IMG/VR virus record: IMGVR_UViG_3300047443_000090
Coordinates: 23,260 to 87,259 of that record
Source: a virus
Length of the DNA stretch: 64,000 nt
Strand: one strand, 5' to 3'
The position numbers and the translations under genes are program-made. Below, in pieces: positions 27,088-37,135 of the stretch; positions within the stretch are counted from its first letter, which is position 1, and every line of letters begins with the position of its first letter. Under the pieces are notes generated by a model. The model saw nothing but the letters and a program-made list of their open reading frames with translations, was not told the DNA's origin and did not search any database.

Positions 27088-28922
27088 TAACGACCGAATA
27101 CAGCGTAGCAACGCCGCATGGCGTGTTCATGGCCCAGTGGGACGAGGACGAGGAAAGCCCAGTCAAGTACAGCGGCGATGATGGTGCAATATCCTACTTC
27201 AAAGCGTATCTCGACCTGAATTCTATCTCCGGGCCGGGCGGCGCGCTGGTGCGATTCGACGCGCTGGAACCCGCCGACCTGTACGGGTTTTGCCAGTCTG
27301 AAAAGTACGGCATTTTCGTCGCCCCGACACCGGACGACATCATGGACGATATGGAACAAGAACACGAAGGACAGAAAATGATTACTGTGCTGGACGCCGT
27401 GAGCGACGCCAAAGCCTTTGAGCTGATAGGCGAGGGCGCGCAAATCCTGAGCCGTCTTAACGAGGACTCGGAAACCTTTTTTGCCGACATCGGCACGCTG
27501 CGCGAAATTATTCAGCAGTTGGGAGATGACGCCCCCGAGCAGATCATCGCGGCAGCTCTGACCGGCACGGAGCTGGGCGACTTCCCCGATACGCCCGAGG
27601 GCCGCGTCGCCCTGCGCTCCGCAGCGAAAGACTACTTCGCCAAGCTCCAAGGCACAAAGGTGTTCAATGCGTCACTGAACGCCGATATTGGCTTCGCGCG
27701 CGAAGGCATCAAAAAGGCACTCTCCTTCAGCGCTGATCCGCGCAAACTCAAGCTGATCCCAGCCCTGCCCAAAATCCTCGCCTCCGCCGTGGACGCGAAG
27801 AAGCTGGCCCTGCGCGGCGATGACCCGCGCGTGGTGGCGATGCACGTTCTCAAGGCTGATGTGGTGGTGGGCGACGCCACGCTGACGGTGCGTGTCGTCG
27901 TAAAAGAGCGCGATGATGGCTCGTTCTTCTACGACCACAGCGTAAATAAAGGGGACTTGGGTGGAAGCACGGAGGTACTCGATTCCGTCGATAGCACGGG
28001 TCTTTCGCTGATCGCCCTACTCTGCACCGAGCCGTCGATGCAGCAAGTCCTTATGGATAGTGTAAGCCAATCCGGCGAAGTGTTCAACCTGTTCATCGAA
28101 GGCGAAGCTCTGGAAGAACTCACCGCTGAAGCCGCCCCTCAACCCGAACAATACGACGTGTCCATGCAAACTCTTATCTCCATCGCTGCCAATTCCATCG
28201 CGGAGCTGCGCCGCATCGACGTGTACCGCGTGCTGAATAGCGCGGGCAACCAGCGCGAAGCACTGGCGAATTTCATCATCGCAAACCGCCCGGACTTGCA
28301 AAAGGAAGTTCTGGACGTGATGGCCGAGGAATGGCCTGAGCTGGGCTACAGCGCCCCGGCTGCGCCTGCGGTGGCGGGCGGTGGCAATGCCGAGCTGGAG
28401 GCGGCAGGGTTCAAGAACGTGAGCGGCAACGAGTGGGCCAAGGGCGTGCAGGGCGAGAGCGGCAAGCTCAACCTCAACATTCGCGTGTTCGGCACCCCGG
28501 AGCAGTTCAAGCTGAAAAAGTCGGCATCGTTCACTGGCGGCATCAGCGGCTCGCCATCGCAAGAGGTGGGAACCTACAACACCGCCGCCGAAGTGGTCGC
28601 AGCGGCGCAAGCCGAAGCCGCAGCCTATGCGCCCGCCGCCGAGCTGCTGACCCCGAGCGAGGACGGCCAGCCCAAGCAGCTCGAAGTGCCGCCAGTGCCG
28701 GAAGCTGGCAAAGCGCCCGAGGCAACGCCGCAGCGCGCCGCCGACATTACCTTCCTGAGCGCGGTAATCGCGCACCAAGTCGATATGTGGGCCGATGATC
28801 TGGCCGACAAAATCGAGGCGCTGGGCGGCACCTATGCGGGCGATGCCGAGGTAGAAAAGCTGTGGGGCGACGCCATCAACGCCTACACCGATTTCATGTC
28901 TGCGGAAATGTCCAAGGGCTAA
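27084..28922 (+). CDS. polyvalent head cargo protein (acidic N-domain, LPD3-like domain, DarA-like C-terminus)
   Basis: VFNASLNADIGFAREGIKK...VRVVVKERDDGSFFYDH is LPD3-like; the C-terminus resembles that of DarA. Confidence 0.55.
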   Translation: MITTEYSVATPHGVFMAQWDEDEESPVKYSGDDGAISYFKAYLDLNSISGPGGALVRFDALEPADLYGFCQSEKYGIFVAPTPDDIMDDMEQEHEGQKMITVLDAVSDAKAFELIGEGAQILSRLNEDSETFFADIGTLREIIQQLGDDAPEQIIAAALTGTELGDFPDTPEGRVALRSAAKDYFAKLQGTKVFNASLNADIGFAREGIKKALSFSADPRKLKLIPALPKILASAVDAKKLALRGDDPRVVAMHVLKADVVVGDATLTVRVVVKERDDGSFFYDHSVNKGDLGGSTEVLDSVDSTGLSLIALLCTEPSMQQVLMDSVSQSGEVFNLFIEGEALEELTAEAAPQPEQYDVSMQTLISIAANSIAELRRIDVYRVLNSAGNQREALANFIIANRPDLQKEVLDVMAEEWPELGYSAPAAPAVAGGGNAELEAAGFKNVSGNEWAKGVQGESGKLNLNIRVFGTPEQFKLKKSASFTGGISGSPSQEVGTYNTAAEVVAAAQAEAAAYAPAAELLTPSEDGQPKQLEVPPVPEAGKAPEATPQRAADITFLSAVIAHQVDMWADDLADKIEALGGTYAGDAEVEKLWGDAINAYTDFMSAEMSKG

Positions 28923-28931
28923 AAGCGACGA

Positions 28932-28972
28932 GGAAAACCGCCGGAATTCAGGCAACGAACGGGCAGCATACT
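28932..28972 (+). promoter_or_regulatory. putative late promoter
   Basis: GGAAAA-N29-CATACT. Confidence 0.7.
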
Positions 28973-28996
28973 TAACTGTACGCTGCCCGTTTTTTT
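28958..28996 (+). terminator. terminator-like hairpin overlapping the darB promoter
   Basis: AACGGGCAGC/GCTGCCCGTT followed by a T-run. Confidence 0.55.
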
Positions 28997-29015
28997 CACC
29001 TGACCCGGAAGTTTA

Positions 29016-32000
29016 ATGAGAATTTTTGACGACACTTCACCCGGCAACCCACTTGCCAATTTCAAGCTCGCCGCCGAGTTTGCCAAGCTCAAAAAAGAGC
29101 GCACGGCCATAGCGGATCAAACCGACAGTGCATCCCGCCTGCGCCTGCTGAAGATCGGCGTTCGCATTCGCGCGATCATACTGGAGCTGGGCAAGCGCCC
29201 TGCCCCTGCCCCTGCGCCAGCGCCGACCCAGTTGCAGGGCACGCCCGCAGCCGACACGGCGAAGTATTACCCGGAGGAAGGCAAGCGCACCAAAGGCCAG
29301 CGCCAGAAGGACAACAATGCGGCCATCGCCCTACTGGCGAAGATCAAGGCTGGCGAGGTTGCCGTAACCGACGCCGAGCGCGAAGTGCTGGCGAAGTACA
29401 GCGGCAATGGCGGCGGCCTGACGGACGCCAACGGCCTTACCGGCTCGCCATACGAGTATTACACCCCGAAGCCAATCGCGGGCGCGGTGTGGGGCTTGCT
29501 GGAAGAACTGGGCTTCAAGGGCGGCACCGTGCTCGACCCATCGGCAGGTTCCGGCGTATTTACTGCCATGCGCCCAGCCGGTGCTGTGATGACGCAGATT
29601 GAGCTGGATGCAACTTCTGGCGCGATCAACGGCGCAATCAATGACGGCCCGACCGTGAGCACGACCGTTTCCCCGTTTGAGGCGGTGGCCGCCGCGACGC
29701 CGGATGAAATGTACGACGCCATCGTAACCAACGTGCCATTCGGTGATCTGGCTATGCGCGGCGACAACCCGGAAAAGGACAAGCGTTTCCAGAAGTCGAA
29801 CCTGCAAGAGTATTTCGTTCTGCGCTCGCTGCAAAAGCTGAAGCCGAACGGGCTGGCCGCGTTCATCGTGCCGAAGTCCATCATGAGCGGCCTGTCGGCC
29901 AAGGAATCGAAGCTGCGCCTGAGCGCGTCGATGATGGCCGAGTTTGTCGGCGCGTACCGCTTGCCGAATAGTATTTTCACTACGGCGAGCGCCGACGTGA
30001 CGACTGACCTGATCGTGTTCCGCAAGTTCTCGCGCGAAGCGGCGACGAAAATCGCGGAGCTGCAAGAGCAGAACCCGGCTTTGCTGTCCCAAGCCAATGT
30101 GCTGTGGGATGAATTCCTGAGCGGTAAATACTTCGCTGGCGCGGGCCGCAAGTACATTTTGGGCGAGGAAGGCACGACCAACGGCAAATACGGCGAAGTG
30201 GCCGCCATCATCAACGACGACAGCATTGCGAACATCGCCAAGCTGATTAAGCGTTTCCCGCACTCGCATATCGACTGGGCGCTGCTGAATGCCACCGAAA
30301 CCGCGCCTATCGTCTACAACGACGGCGACGTGATCCATGCGAACGGTCAAACGCTGGAATTCAAGGACGGCCAGTGGGAAGCGCTCGACTCCAATTCCGC
30401 CGAAGATAAGACCATGCAGGCTCTCGGCCCGAAGATGCAAAAGCCGCTGGATTGCGTCAACAACGGCATCACTTGGGAGCAGGCGAAAAAATGGATGGAC
30501 TATGAGGGCATCAAGGGCCGCCATATCTCCATCCCATCATGGCTGGTGGCAGTCGGCAAGGCGTCGGACGGCATCCCCCAAAGTGAGTTTCAGGGCTGGT
30601 GGGAGGCAATCGCCGCTGGCCTGTCCGTCATGGGTCTGATGCAGGAATCGAGCAGCGTTGAGCCGTACAACTACAAGGATGGCTACCCTGTCCTGTCGGC
30701 GCAGCTCGCGCGCGTCCAATCCTACGGCAACAAGACCTTTGGCCGGGCCGCCAAGCTCATCAAAGACGGTTTGCTGAGTATCCGCAATGCGCGCGCCAAA
30801 GGCGCTTATACGCCGTTCTGGCTGGGCGAAATCCGCGCAAGCCAAGACGCCGTGGCGCTGACCCCTACCCAGCTCTACGAAAAGGTGAAATACGAGGCCG
30901 AAGATGAATCCGGCTACGTCACCGTGGATCGTCTGCGCGAGGCTATGCCCGACTTCGACCCACTGGAAAATGCCGAGTGGTGCGTGTCTGCTGATGGCAA
31001 GTCCGTGACGCACGCGAACGACTACTACAGCGGCAGCTATGCCGACTTCCTGCAAAATGCAGCCGCAGAGCTGGAAGCCTGCAACGACCCGGCTATCCGC
31101 GCCAAGCTGGTGATGCAGCACGACGCCGCGAAAGAGCGCTTGAACATGGTCGATGTGTCGTCCATGACGTTCAACCTGTTCACGCCGCACATTACGATGC
31201 TGCAAAAGCTCGAATTCCTGCGCGCCTACGTCAGCCCCGACATTTTCATGACGACCGACGCCAACGGGCGCGACGTGTTCGACATCAAGCAGCCGTCGCT
31301 GGGCAAGTTCGCATCCGAGGAAGAAGCCGCAAAGCATAAGTCCATGCAGCGGTTCGTCAAGGGCTATCTGAAGAACCAGAACATCACGACGCAGAGCAAG
31401 GCGACCGACGTGGAGGACGACCCGGCGAAAGAGGCAGCGCTGGTGATGCGAATCAAGGAAATCGCGGACAAGGCGAAGGCCCAATTCGATGCGTGGGCGC
31501 GCGCCAACGACGAGATTCAGGCCGGGCTGCACACTCGCCTGAATTCGCCTGACGCGCTGCGCTTCATTCAGGAGCCGGACGGCACGCCGCTGGACATTCC
31601 AAACCTGAATGTGGCCGACTTCAAACCGCACCCATACCAGTATGGCGCGGTGCGCCGTTTCTCCCGCAACTTCGGCGGCGTGCTGGGCTTCGACGTGGGC
31701 CTTGGCAAGACCCTGACCGCGCTCGCGGCTACCCAGTATTGCCAGAGCATCGGCGTCAAGCGAAAGACCGGCTTCGTCGTCCCGAATGCGACCCTGACCA
31801 ACTGGAAAAAAGAAGCGGGTAAGGCGTATCTGGACACGTCCGATTGCCTGTTCGTGGGTCTGGTGGTCAAGAATGGCAAGAGCAAGATTGACGCGGCACA
31901 GGTCAAGGCTGATCTGAATGCGATCCGCGAGAACCGCCACGCGAAAATCTTTATGACGCTGGAAGCGTTCAAGATGATCCCGGTGCGCGACGAAACGATG

Positions 32001-35000
32001 GCCGCCTACGTCACCTACCTGACCGAGAACGACGACGCTTACCTGCTGGCCGAGGAAGACGCCAACAAGAAAAAGGCCAACATCGCCGCCGATGCCAAGT
32101 CGAAGAACGTCAAGGCGACCGGCGAGAAGTCCGGCGCTATCCCGTTCTTCGAGGATATGGGCATCGACAGCTTGGTGCTGGACGAGGCGCACAATTACAA
32201 GAACAGCAAAATGACCAGCTCCCAGTTCAAGGGCGCGAAGTATTTGGCTGACCCGAGCAAGTCGCAGCGCGGCATGGATATGCAGGCTAAGGCGTGGTAC
32301 GTGCGCGGCCTGACTGCGCGCAATGACGGCGTGCTCTCCCTGACCGCTACCCCAGTCACCAATTCGCCGCTGGAAGTCTACGCCATGCTGACGCTGGCAC
32401 TGGGCGAGCGCGAAGTGAATGCTATGTACGGCGTGAGCGGTGCAGACTCGTTCATGGCGGGCGCGTGCGATATCGAAGAACGCGACGAGGAAAACATCGT
32501 CGGCATCGTTCGCCCGATCCGCGTTTTCAGCGGGTTGCAGAATGCCGGGCTGCTGCGCCGCCTGCTGCAAACCTCCGCAGTCATCAAGACCGCCGAGGAC
32601 GTAAAGGCCGATGGCCTGAATATCTCTGTGCCCGACGCTGACGAGGTTGATACTTCGGTCGATATCGGCCAAGAGTCCTTCAACAAGATCATCGCCTACA
32701 AGGAAGAATACATACTGGCGGTAGCGGCGGTGATGGCCGGTGGCGCATCCGAGGAAGACAAGTTGGCCGGTAGCCCGTTCAACCTGATCCGCAAAATGAC
32801 GAAAGTCATCAACGATCCCGAGCTGGACAGTGGCGTGTTTGTGTTCAAGCACGACAAGGCGCAGGCCGACGCCGCAGCCAAGGCAATCGCCTCGTTCAAC
32901 GCCAAGAACATTGTTGAGGAACGCGACTACAGCGACGACAACGCCGACCCGGCAGACATCAAGACGCGCATCATCAAGGACGTTGAAACCGGCCAGTCCG
33001 TGACCAAGTTCCTTATCACGGTGCGCGCGCGGGCGGCCTCCAGCGGCAAGGCAATCGAGCTGCTGTCTACCGACTACGAAACGCAGGAGGCGCTGCTGAA
33101 GCTGCTGGCCGCGAACGGCATTGAGCCGGGCGTCAACATCAGCCCGAAGCTGGCCGCCGTCATCGAGAACTTCCGCGCCGAAGCTGCTACGCCCCGCTGG
33201 ATGGGACAGGCCAAGCAAATCATTTTCTGCGACGAATTGAGCCTGCACCACAAGATCAAGCTGGCGCTGACGCAGGCCGTGGGCGTGGCGTCGGGCAAAA
33301 TCAAGATCGTCAACGCCGTGTCGGTCGATACTGCCGGTATGCAGGACGTGCAGGACGGATTCAACGCCGATGGCGAGGAAAACAAGTACACCGTCGTCAT
33401 CGCCAACAAAAAGGCGGAAGTCGGCATCAACCTGCAAAAAGGCACGCAGGCGATTCACCACATGACTATCGGCTGGACGCCTGACTCGATTCACCAGCGC
33501 AACGGGCGCGGCGTCCGTCAGGGCAACCCGGTCAGCAAGGTCAACGTCTACCACTATGACGGCGAGGGCACCTTCGACGGCTACAAGCGCAAGCTGGTGG
33601 GCATCAAGGCCGATTGGATTGGCTCGCTGATGTCGGGCGATTCTTCTTCGATCAAGATCGAGGGCGATATGTCCAAGGAAGATTACGAAATGCTGGCGAA
33701 CGCCGTGGGCGACGCTACCGCGATGACTCGTATCAGCGAGGAAATCGAGCTGCGCAATCAGCGCCAGAAGCGGGCCGCCATGAAGGTGTCCCAGCTCCAA
33801 AGCCTGCGCATCATCGAGGCGCAAACGCAATGGCTGGCGAAGTTCGGCGTGGTAGCAGGCCGAGAATCGCAGGGCTTTAATGCCTGGATCAAGAGCAAGC
33901 TGGCCGCAGCCGCTACTACCCGCAATACCATCAGCGGCTTGCGTGTCCGTCTGGATGAAACGGAAGGCCCGATTCTGGCCGCTCGCCTGCGCAAGCAGAT
34001 TGCCGAGCTGGAAGCCAAGCGCGTTGAGCAGTTGGCGATGCTGGGCGGCCTCCCCGTCGATTCGTCCGGCACCCCGATTGCGCCGACGAACGACTGGAGC
34101 GGCATCAGCGATGAAATGAAGCAGACCGCCGCCTATGCGAACTGGCAGAAGGCCGTCAACATCGCAGGGCGCATGTCTGACGAGGCCGCCGTGAGTTTCA
34201 ACGCTCGCGCAAGCGATGGCTATTCTACCGATGCACTGGAAGCGTTCAAGACCGGCGACGCGGCAATCATTGCCGGTGCGCTGGCGATGGTTGGCGACTT
34301 CGTAGAGCATGAGGGCTCGCTGATGGTAGTGCGCCAGCCTGTCTACCAACGTAGCGGCACGGAGCTGGAAGGCTACGACCCGGTAGGCAAGGCAAGTACC
34401 ACGCTGCTGCGCTTGACTGGCGCGAAGTTCGTCACGAAAGGCTCCCCGGCGTGGGCGGCGTCTGTGCAGCGCGCGGTGGCGCTCGATGTCGCAGCCATTG
34501 AATCGACCACTTCGGGATTCTCTGCCGGTAGCGTCTACCTGTATTCCACGTTCATTGCTGACGTGCGCGAATCCCTGCCGGTGGCGATCCCATCGCAGTC
34601 GATGTCTGCCGATAGCTTCACGTTCCGCGCGCCTGTGTTCCCGTTCCCTATCCGCGAGGACAAGAAAGGCGGCGCGATGACGGAGCAGATCAAGGCCGAG
34701 CAAGCGCCGCTGATTAAGTCGTTTGACCGCTACGGCTACATTTCGCTGCACGACCTCCGCAGCGTTGGTGAGGCTGTGCGCGGCACGAGTGAGGCGAAGG
34801 TGATGGCTTTGCGCGTGTACGCTATCGCCCACAAAATGCGCGCAACGCCTGATGATCTGATGGAAATCGTTGGCACTGACGTGAGTGGGACGCTTGAATC
34901 GCTTGGGACATTGAACGACTTTTTCAAGGCGCTGCCGAGCGGCGTTGCTGGCGTGAAGTCGCCCGATGAATTGGACGCATGGGCGCTGGCGTGGATGAAC

Positions 35001-35831
35001 GCCAATCAGGAATTGGTGCAGGTAGACGACTTGCAAGCCGCGCTGGGCTACAAGTTCAAGGGCTACCTTGCTACCGCCAACAAGATTGACGACGGCAAAG
35101 AGCGCTGGTTTAAGGTCGGCGTGGAGCAGAAATACTACTTCCACAAGCAGGCGACGGAAGCGCTGCGCGATGCTGTCTCCAATGGCCTGCTTACCGATGC
35201 CCTTATTGATGAATCGTCGTCATACACGGTGCCAACTTGGTTTGTTTCGCATAACCGTGATGCCTTTGCCGGTGTCCTGTTCACCGAAAACGGCGAGTAC
35301 CGCGAGCTGAAAGTCGGCGTCGAGGAATTGCGCGCCCACATGGGCCTCAATGCCAAAGCGCGCCTTTATGTCGAGAACATGGGCGATGCAATGTCTCTGG
35401 TGAGCTACTTTGTCGAGAGCGCATGGGCTAATCTGAAGGCTCTGGCGAAGAAGTGCAAGGCCGTGGCTGCGCTCGATGCCGCTGGCGTGGACGTGGATGG
35501 AATGCTGAAGGCTCTGAATGGCATTCCCGGTATATTATCTGCCACGCTGGGCATCAAAGACGAAATGAAGCCAGTGGATCGTTATTCGGCCAGCTATCTG
35601 TACAGGGCAAACGAATACGTCCTGCTGAAAACGGTGCGCGGTTCGGAAACGCATGAGAAAATCGCTTCGGCGGGCGCTGCTGGCCTGCAAGGGCGCACGT
35701 TCGATAATACTGCAAAAGCGTTCCGCGTGAACCTGAAGGACAGCGAGGTATTCAGCGACGGCAAGCCGGTAGCATCGGTCGCAACACTGTTCGCGCACTT
35801 GGGCTTGAACATCAAGGACTTCACCCTGTAA
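29016..35831 (+). CDS. darB: DarB: N6-adenine methyltransferase plus SNF2 helicase anti-restriction protein
   Basis: EYYTPKPIA, LDPSAGSG, NVPF, FDVGLGKT, DEAH, TATP, QRNGRGVRQGN; 2271 aa. Confidence 0.92.
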   Translation: MRIFDDTSPGNPLANFKLAAEFAKLKKERTAIADQTDSASRLRLLKIGVRIRAIILELGKRPAPAPAPAPTQLQGTPAADTAKYYPEEGKRTKGQRQKDNNAAIALLAKIKAGEVAVTDAEREVLAKYSGNGGGLTDANGLTGSPYEYYTPKPIAGAVWGLLEELGFKGGTVLDPSAGSGVFTAMRPAGAVMTQIELDATSGAINGAINDGPTVSTTVSPFEAVAAATPDEMYDAIVTNVPFGDLAMRGDNPEKDKRFQKSNLQEYFVLRSLQKLKPNGLAAFIVPKSIMSGLSAKESKLRLSASMMAEFVGAYRLPNSIFTTASADVTTDLIVFRKFSREAATKIAELQEQNPALLSQANVLWDEFLSGKYFAGAGRKYILGEEGTTNGKYGEVAAIINDDSIANIAKLIKRFPHSHIDWALLNATETAPIVYNDGDVIHANGQTLEFKDGQWEALDSNSAEDKTMQALGPKMQKPLDCVNNGITWEQAKKWMDYEGIKGRHISIPSWLVAVGKASDGIPQSEFQGWWEAIAAGLSVMGLMQESSSVEPYNYKDGYPVLSAQLARVQSYGNKTFGRAAKLIKDGLLSIRNARAKGAYTPFWLGEIRASQDAVALTPTQLYEKVKYEAEDESGYVTVDRLREAMPDFDPLENAEWCVSADGKSVTHANDYYSGSYADFLQNAAAELEACNDPAIRAKLVMQHDAAKERLNMVDVSSMTFNLFTPHITMLQKLEFLRAYVSPDIFMTTDANGRDVFDIKQPSLGKFASEEEAAKHKSMQRFVKGYLKNQNITTQSKATDVEDDPAKEAALVMRIKEIADKAKAQFDAWARANDEIQAGLHTRLNSPDALRFIQEPDGTPLDIPNLNVADFKPHPYQYGAVRRFSRNFGGVLGFDVGLGKTLTALAATQYCQSIGVKRKTGFVVPNATLTNWKKEAGKAYLDTSDCLFVGLVVKNGKSKIDAAQVKADLNAIRENRHAKIFMTLEAFKMIPVRDETMAAYVTYLTENDDAYLLAEEDANKKKANIAADAKSKNVKATGEKSGAIPFFEDMGIDSLVLDEAHNYKNSKMTSSQFKGAKYLADPSKSQRGMDMQAKAWYVRGLTARNDGVLSLTATPVTNSPLEVYAMLTLALGEREVNAMYGVSGADSFMAGACDIEERDEENIVGIVRPIRVFSGLQNAGLLRRLLQTSAVIKTAEDVKADGLNISVPDADEVDTSVDIGQESFNKIIAYKEEYILAVAAVMAGGASEEDKLAGSPFNLIRKMTKVINDPELDSGVFVFKHDKAQADAAAKAIASFNAKNIVEERDYSDDNADPADIKTRIIKDVETGQSVTKFLITVRARAASSGKAIELLSTDYETQEALLKLLAANGIEPGVNISPKLAAVIENFRAEAATPRWMGQAKQIIFCDELSLHHKIKLALTQAVGVASGKIKIVNAVSVDTAGMQDVQDGFNADGEENKYTVVIANKKAEVGINLQKGTQAIHHMTIGWTPDSIHQRNGRGVRQGNPVSKVNVYHYDGEGTFDGYKRKLVGIKADWIGSLMSGDSSSIKIEGDMSKEDYEMLANAVGDATAMTRISEEIELRNQRQKRAAMKVSQLQSLRIIEAQTQWLAKFGVVAGRESQGFNAWIKSKLAAAATTRNTISGLRVRLDETEGPILAARLRKQIAELEAKRVEQLAMLGGLPVDSSGTPIAPTNDWSGISDEMKQTAAYANWQKAVNIAGRMSDEAAVSFNARASDGYSTDALEAFKTGDAAIIAGALAMVGDFVEHEGSLMVVRQPVYQRSGTELEGYDPVGKASTTLLRLTGAKFVTKGSPAWAASVQRAVALDVAAIESTTSGFSAGSVYLYSTFIADVRESLPVAIPSQSMSADSFTFRAPVFPFPIREDKKGGAMTEQIKAEQAPLIKSFDRYGYISLHDLRSVGEAVRGTSEAKVMALRVYAIAHKMRATPDDLMEIVGTDVSGTLESLGTLNDFFKALPSGVAGVKSPDELDAWALAWMNANQELVQVDDLQAALGYKFKGYLATANKIDDGKERWFKVGVEQKYYFHKQATEALRDAVSNGLLTDALIDESSSYTVPTWFVSHNRDAFAGVLFTENGEYRELKVGVEELRAHMGLNAKARLYVENMGDAMSLVSYFVESAWANLKALAKKCKAVAALDAAGVDVDGMLKALNGIPGILSATLGIKDEMKPVDRYSASYLYRANEYVLLKTVRGSETHEKIASAGAAGLQGRTFDNTAKAFRVNLKDSEVFSDGKPVASVATLFAHLGLNIKDFTL

Positions 35832-35877
35832 CCAGACCGCCGCCCCTTCGCCGGGGCGGCACTGAAGGAATAAAAAT

Positions 35878-36291
35878 ATGAGCGATACCGATTACAAGAT
35901 TGACCCCGAATTCCTGCGCGGCAAACTGGCCGGGCTGCAAAAGCAAGTTGGCGCGGGCAAGCCGCTGCTGCCGATTTTCGTTGAGCAGACCCGCAAGGTG
36001 CTGGCGAAAGACCAGAATAACTACCTGCGGTATGGCCCCTACTGGTGGGCTATCAAGCGCATCCTGCGCGCGGGCGGCGTGGCCGTGGGAACCTACGACG
36101 AGCCGATGTGGGCTACCGAGTACGAAATGAAGGGCGATGACGGCAGCGTGAGCGCTGAAATCACTTTGCTGGCCGCGTGGGAGTTCGCAGAGGACAACAT
36201 GGGCCAGTTCGGCGTGCTGACGAATGAATACGAGCTGGACGGTCGCACGTTCGTTCTGTTCGACCCGGATCAGACCGGGCGCGGCAAGTAA
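35878..36291 (+). CDS. ulx: Ulx-like protein
   Basis: YLRYGPYWWAIKRIL motif, directly downstream of darB as in P1. Confidence 0.7.
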   Translation: MSDTDYKIDPEFLRGKLAGLQKQVGAGKPLLPIFVEQTRKVLAKDQNNYLRYGPYWWAIKRILRAGGVAVGTYDEPMWATEYEMKGDDGSVSAEITLLAAWEFAEDNMGQFGVLTNEYELDGRTFVLFDPDQTGRGK

Positions 36292-36301
36292 AAGCAGGTT
36301 T

Positions 36302-36325
36302 AAGCCCGGTTCTCCGGGCTTTTTT
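36302..36325 (+). terminator. intrinsic terminator
   Basis: AAGCCCGG-TTCT-CCGGGCTTTTTT. Confidence 0.85.
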
Positions 36326-36347
36326 ATTGCCTGCTGCAAAAAACCGC

Positions 36348-36376
36348 TTGACGGCATAAACGTGAGCGCATACAGT
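36348..36376 (+). promoter_or_regulatory. sigma70 promoter with operator (copy 6)
   Basis: TTGACG-17-TACAGT containing GTGAGCGCA. Confidence 0.85.
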
Positions 36377-36422
36377 ATCGGTTATGTGCTGCGCACCGCG
36401 CGGCAGGCAACCGGAGAATAGT

Positions 36423-36602
36423 ATGAACGCAACCATCACCAGCAAGACCATCAATGCTTCTTTCGCTAGAGCTGGAACCCGCGTCGAAGTGATCCGCAAG
36501 TGCGCCGATGACGAGTGCATCCTCCCCAACGCTTACATCGTCCGGTTTGCGAACGACATACGGATGCGCCTTCATGCGCTCGATCTGGCGATTGACGCCT
36601 AA
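36423..36602 (+). CDS. small hypothetical protein
   Basis: GGAGA RBS, MNATITSK. Confidence 0.6.
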   Translation: MNATITSKTINASFARAGTRVEVIRKCADDECILPNAYIVRFANDIRMRLHALDLAIDA

Positions 36603-36678
36603 ACAACCAGTGCCCGCCCCGAGCGGGCTTTGTCAGTAGAAGGCGGCGCACTGAGCGCGGCGATAATTGGAGAGAAGC

Positions 36679-37095
36679 ATGGCATTCAAGATCACAAAAA
36701 CCGACGACAAACGAATCCGCGAGGCGCTGGAAAAGCTGGCCGCCGCCCGCTCGAAGCTCGAAGATGAAGTGTTCGTATTCAACGACGCGCAGGCCAAGGC
36801 GCGCGATGCCCTGCAAGTCCACATCGACGCCCACGACGAGGCGGCGCAGGAAGTGCGCGGGCTGATCGAGGATATTCACCGCGAGGCCGACGAGGAATTC
36901 GACGGCAAATCGGAGAAGTGGCAGGAGAGCGACAAGGGCGAGGCGGCCCGCGAATGGATCGACTCCGTTGAAGCACTTGTGGGCGAGATTGAGGACGCCG
37001 ACGCTAACCAGCTCCCCGGCGGTATAGAGGCGGATAGCCTGCTGCCGAGCGACCCGGTTGATGAGTACGACGCGCTAGACAAGGAACCGCAGTAA
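36679..37095 (+). CDS. acidic helical hypothetical protein
   Basis: GGAGAG RBS; EFDGKSEKWQESDKGE motif. Confidence 0.7.
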   Translation: MAFKITKTDDKRIREALEKLAAARSKLEDEVFVFNDAQAKARDALQVHIDAHDEAAQEVRGLIEDIHREADEEFDGKSEKWQESDKGEAAREWIDSVEALVGEIEDADANQLPGGIEADSLLPSDPVDEYDALDKEPQ

Positions 37096-37107
37096 CCCGC
37101 CCAGTAG

Positions 37108-37128
37108 GCCCGCTTCGGCGGGCTTTTT
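37108..37128 (+). terminator. intrinsic terminator
   Basis: GCCCGC-TTCG-GCGGGC-TTTTT. Confidence 0.85.
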
Positions 37129-37135
37129 CATTCGT

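Noticed and set aside
30537-35144. Very long antisense ORFs (also 22718-25525, 45243-47162, 57118-58701)
   Set aside because: They are shadows of high-GC, codon-biased plus-strand genes and have no recognisable motifs.
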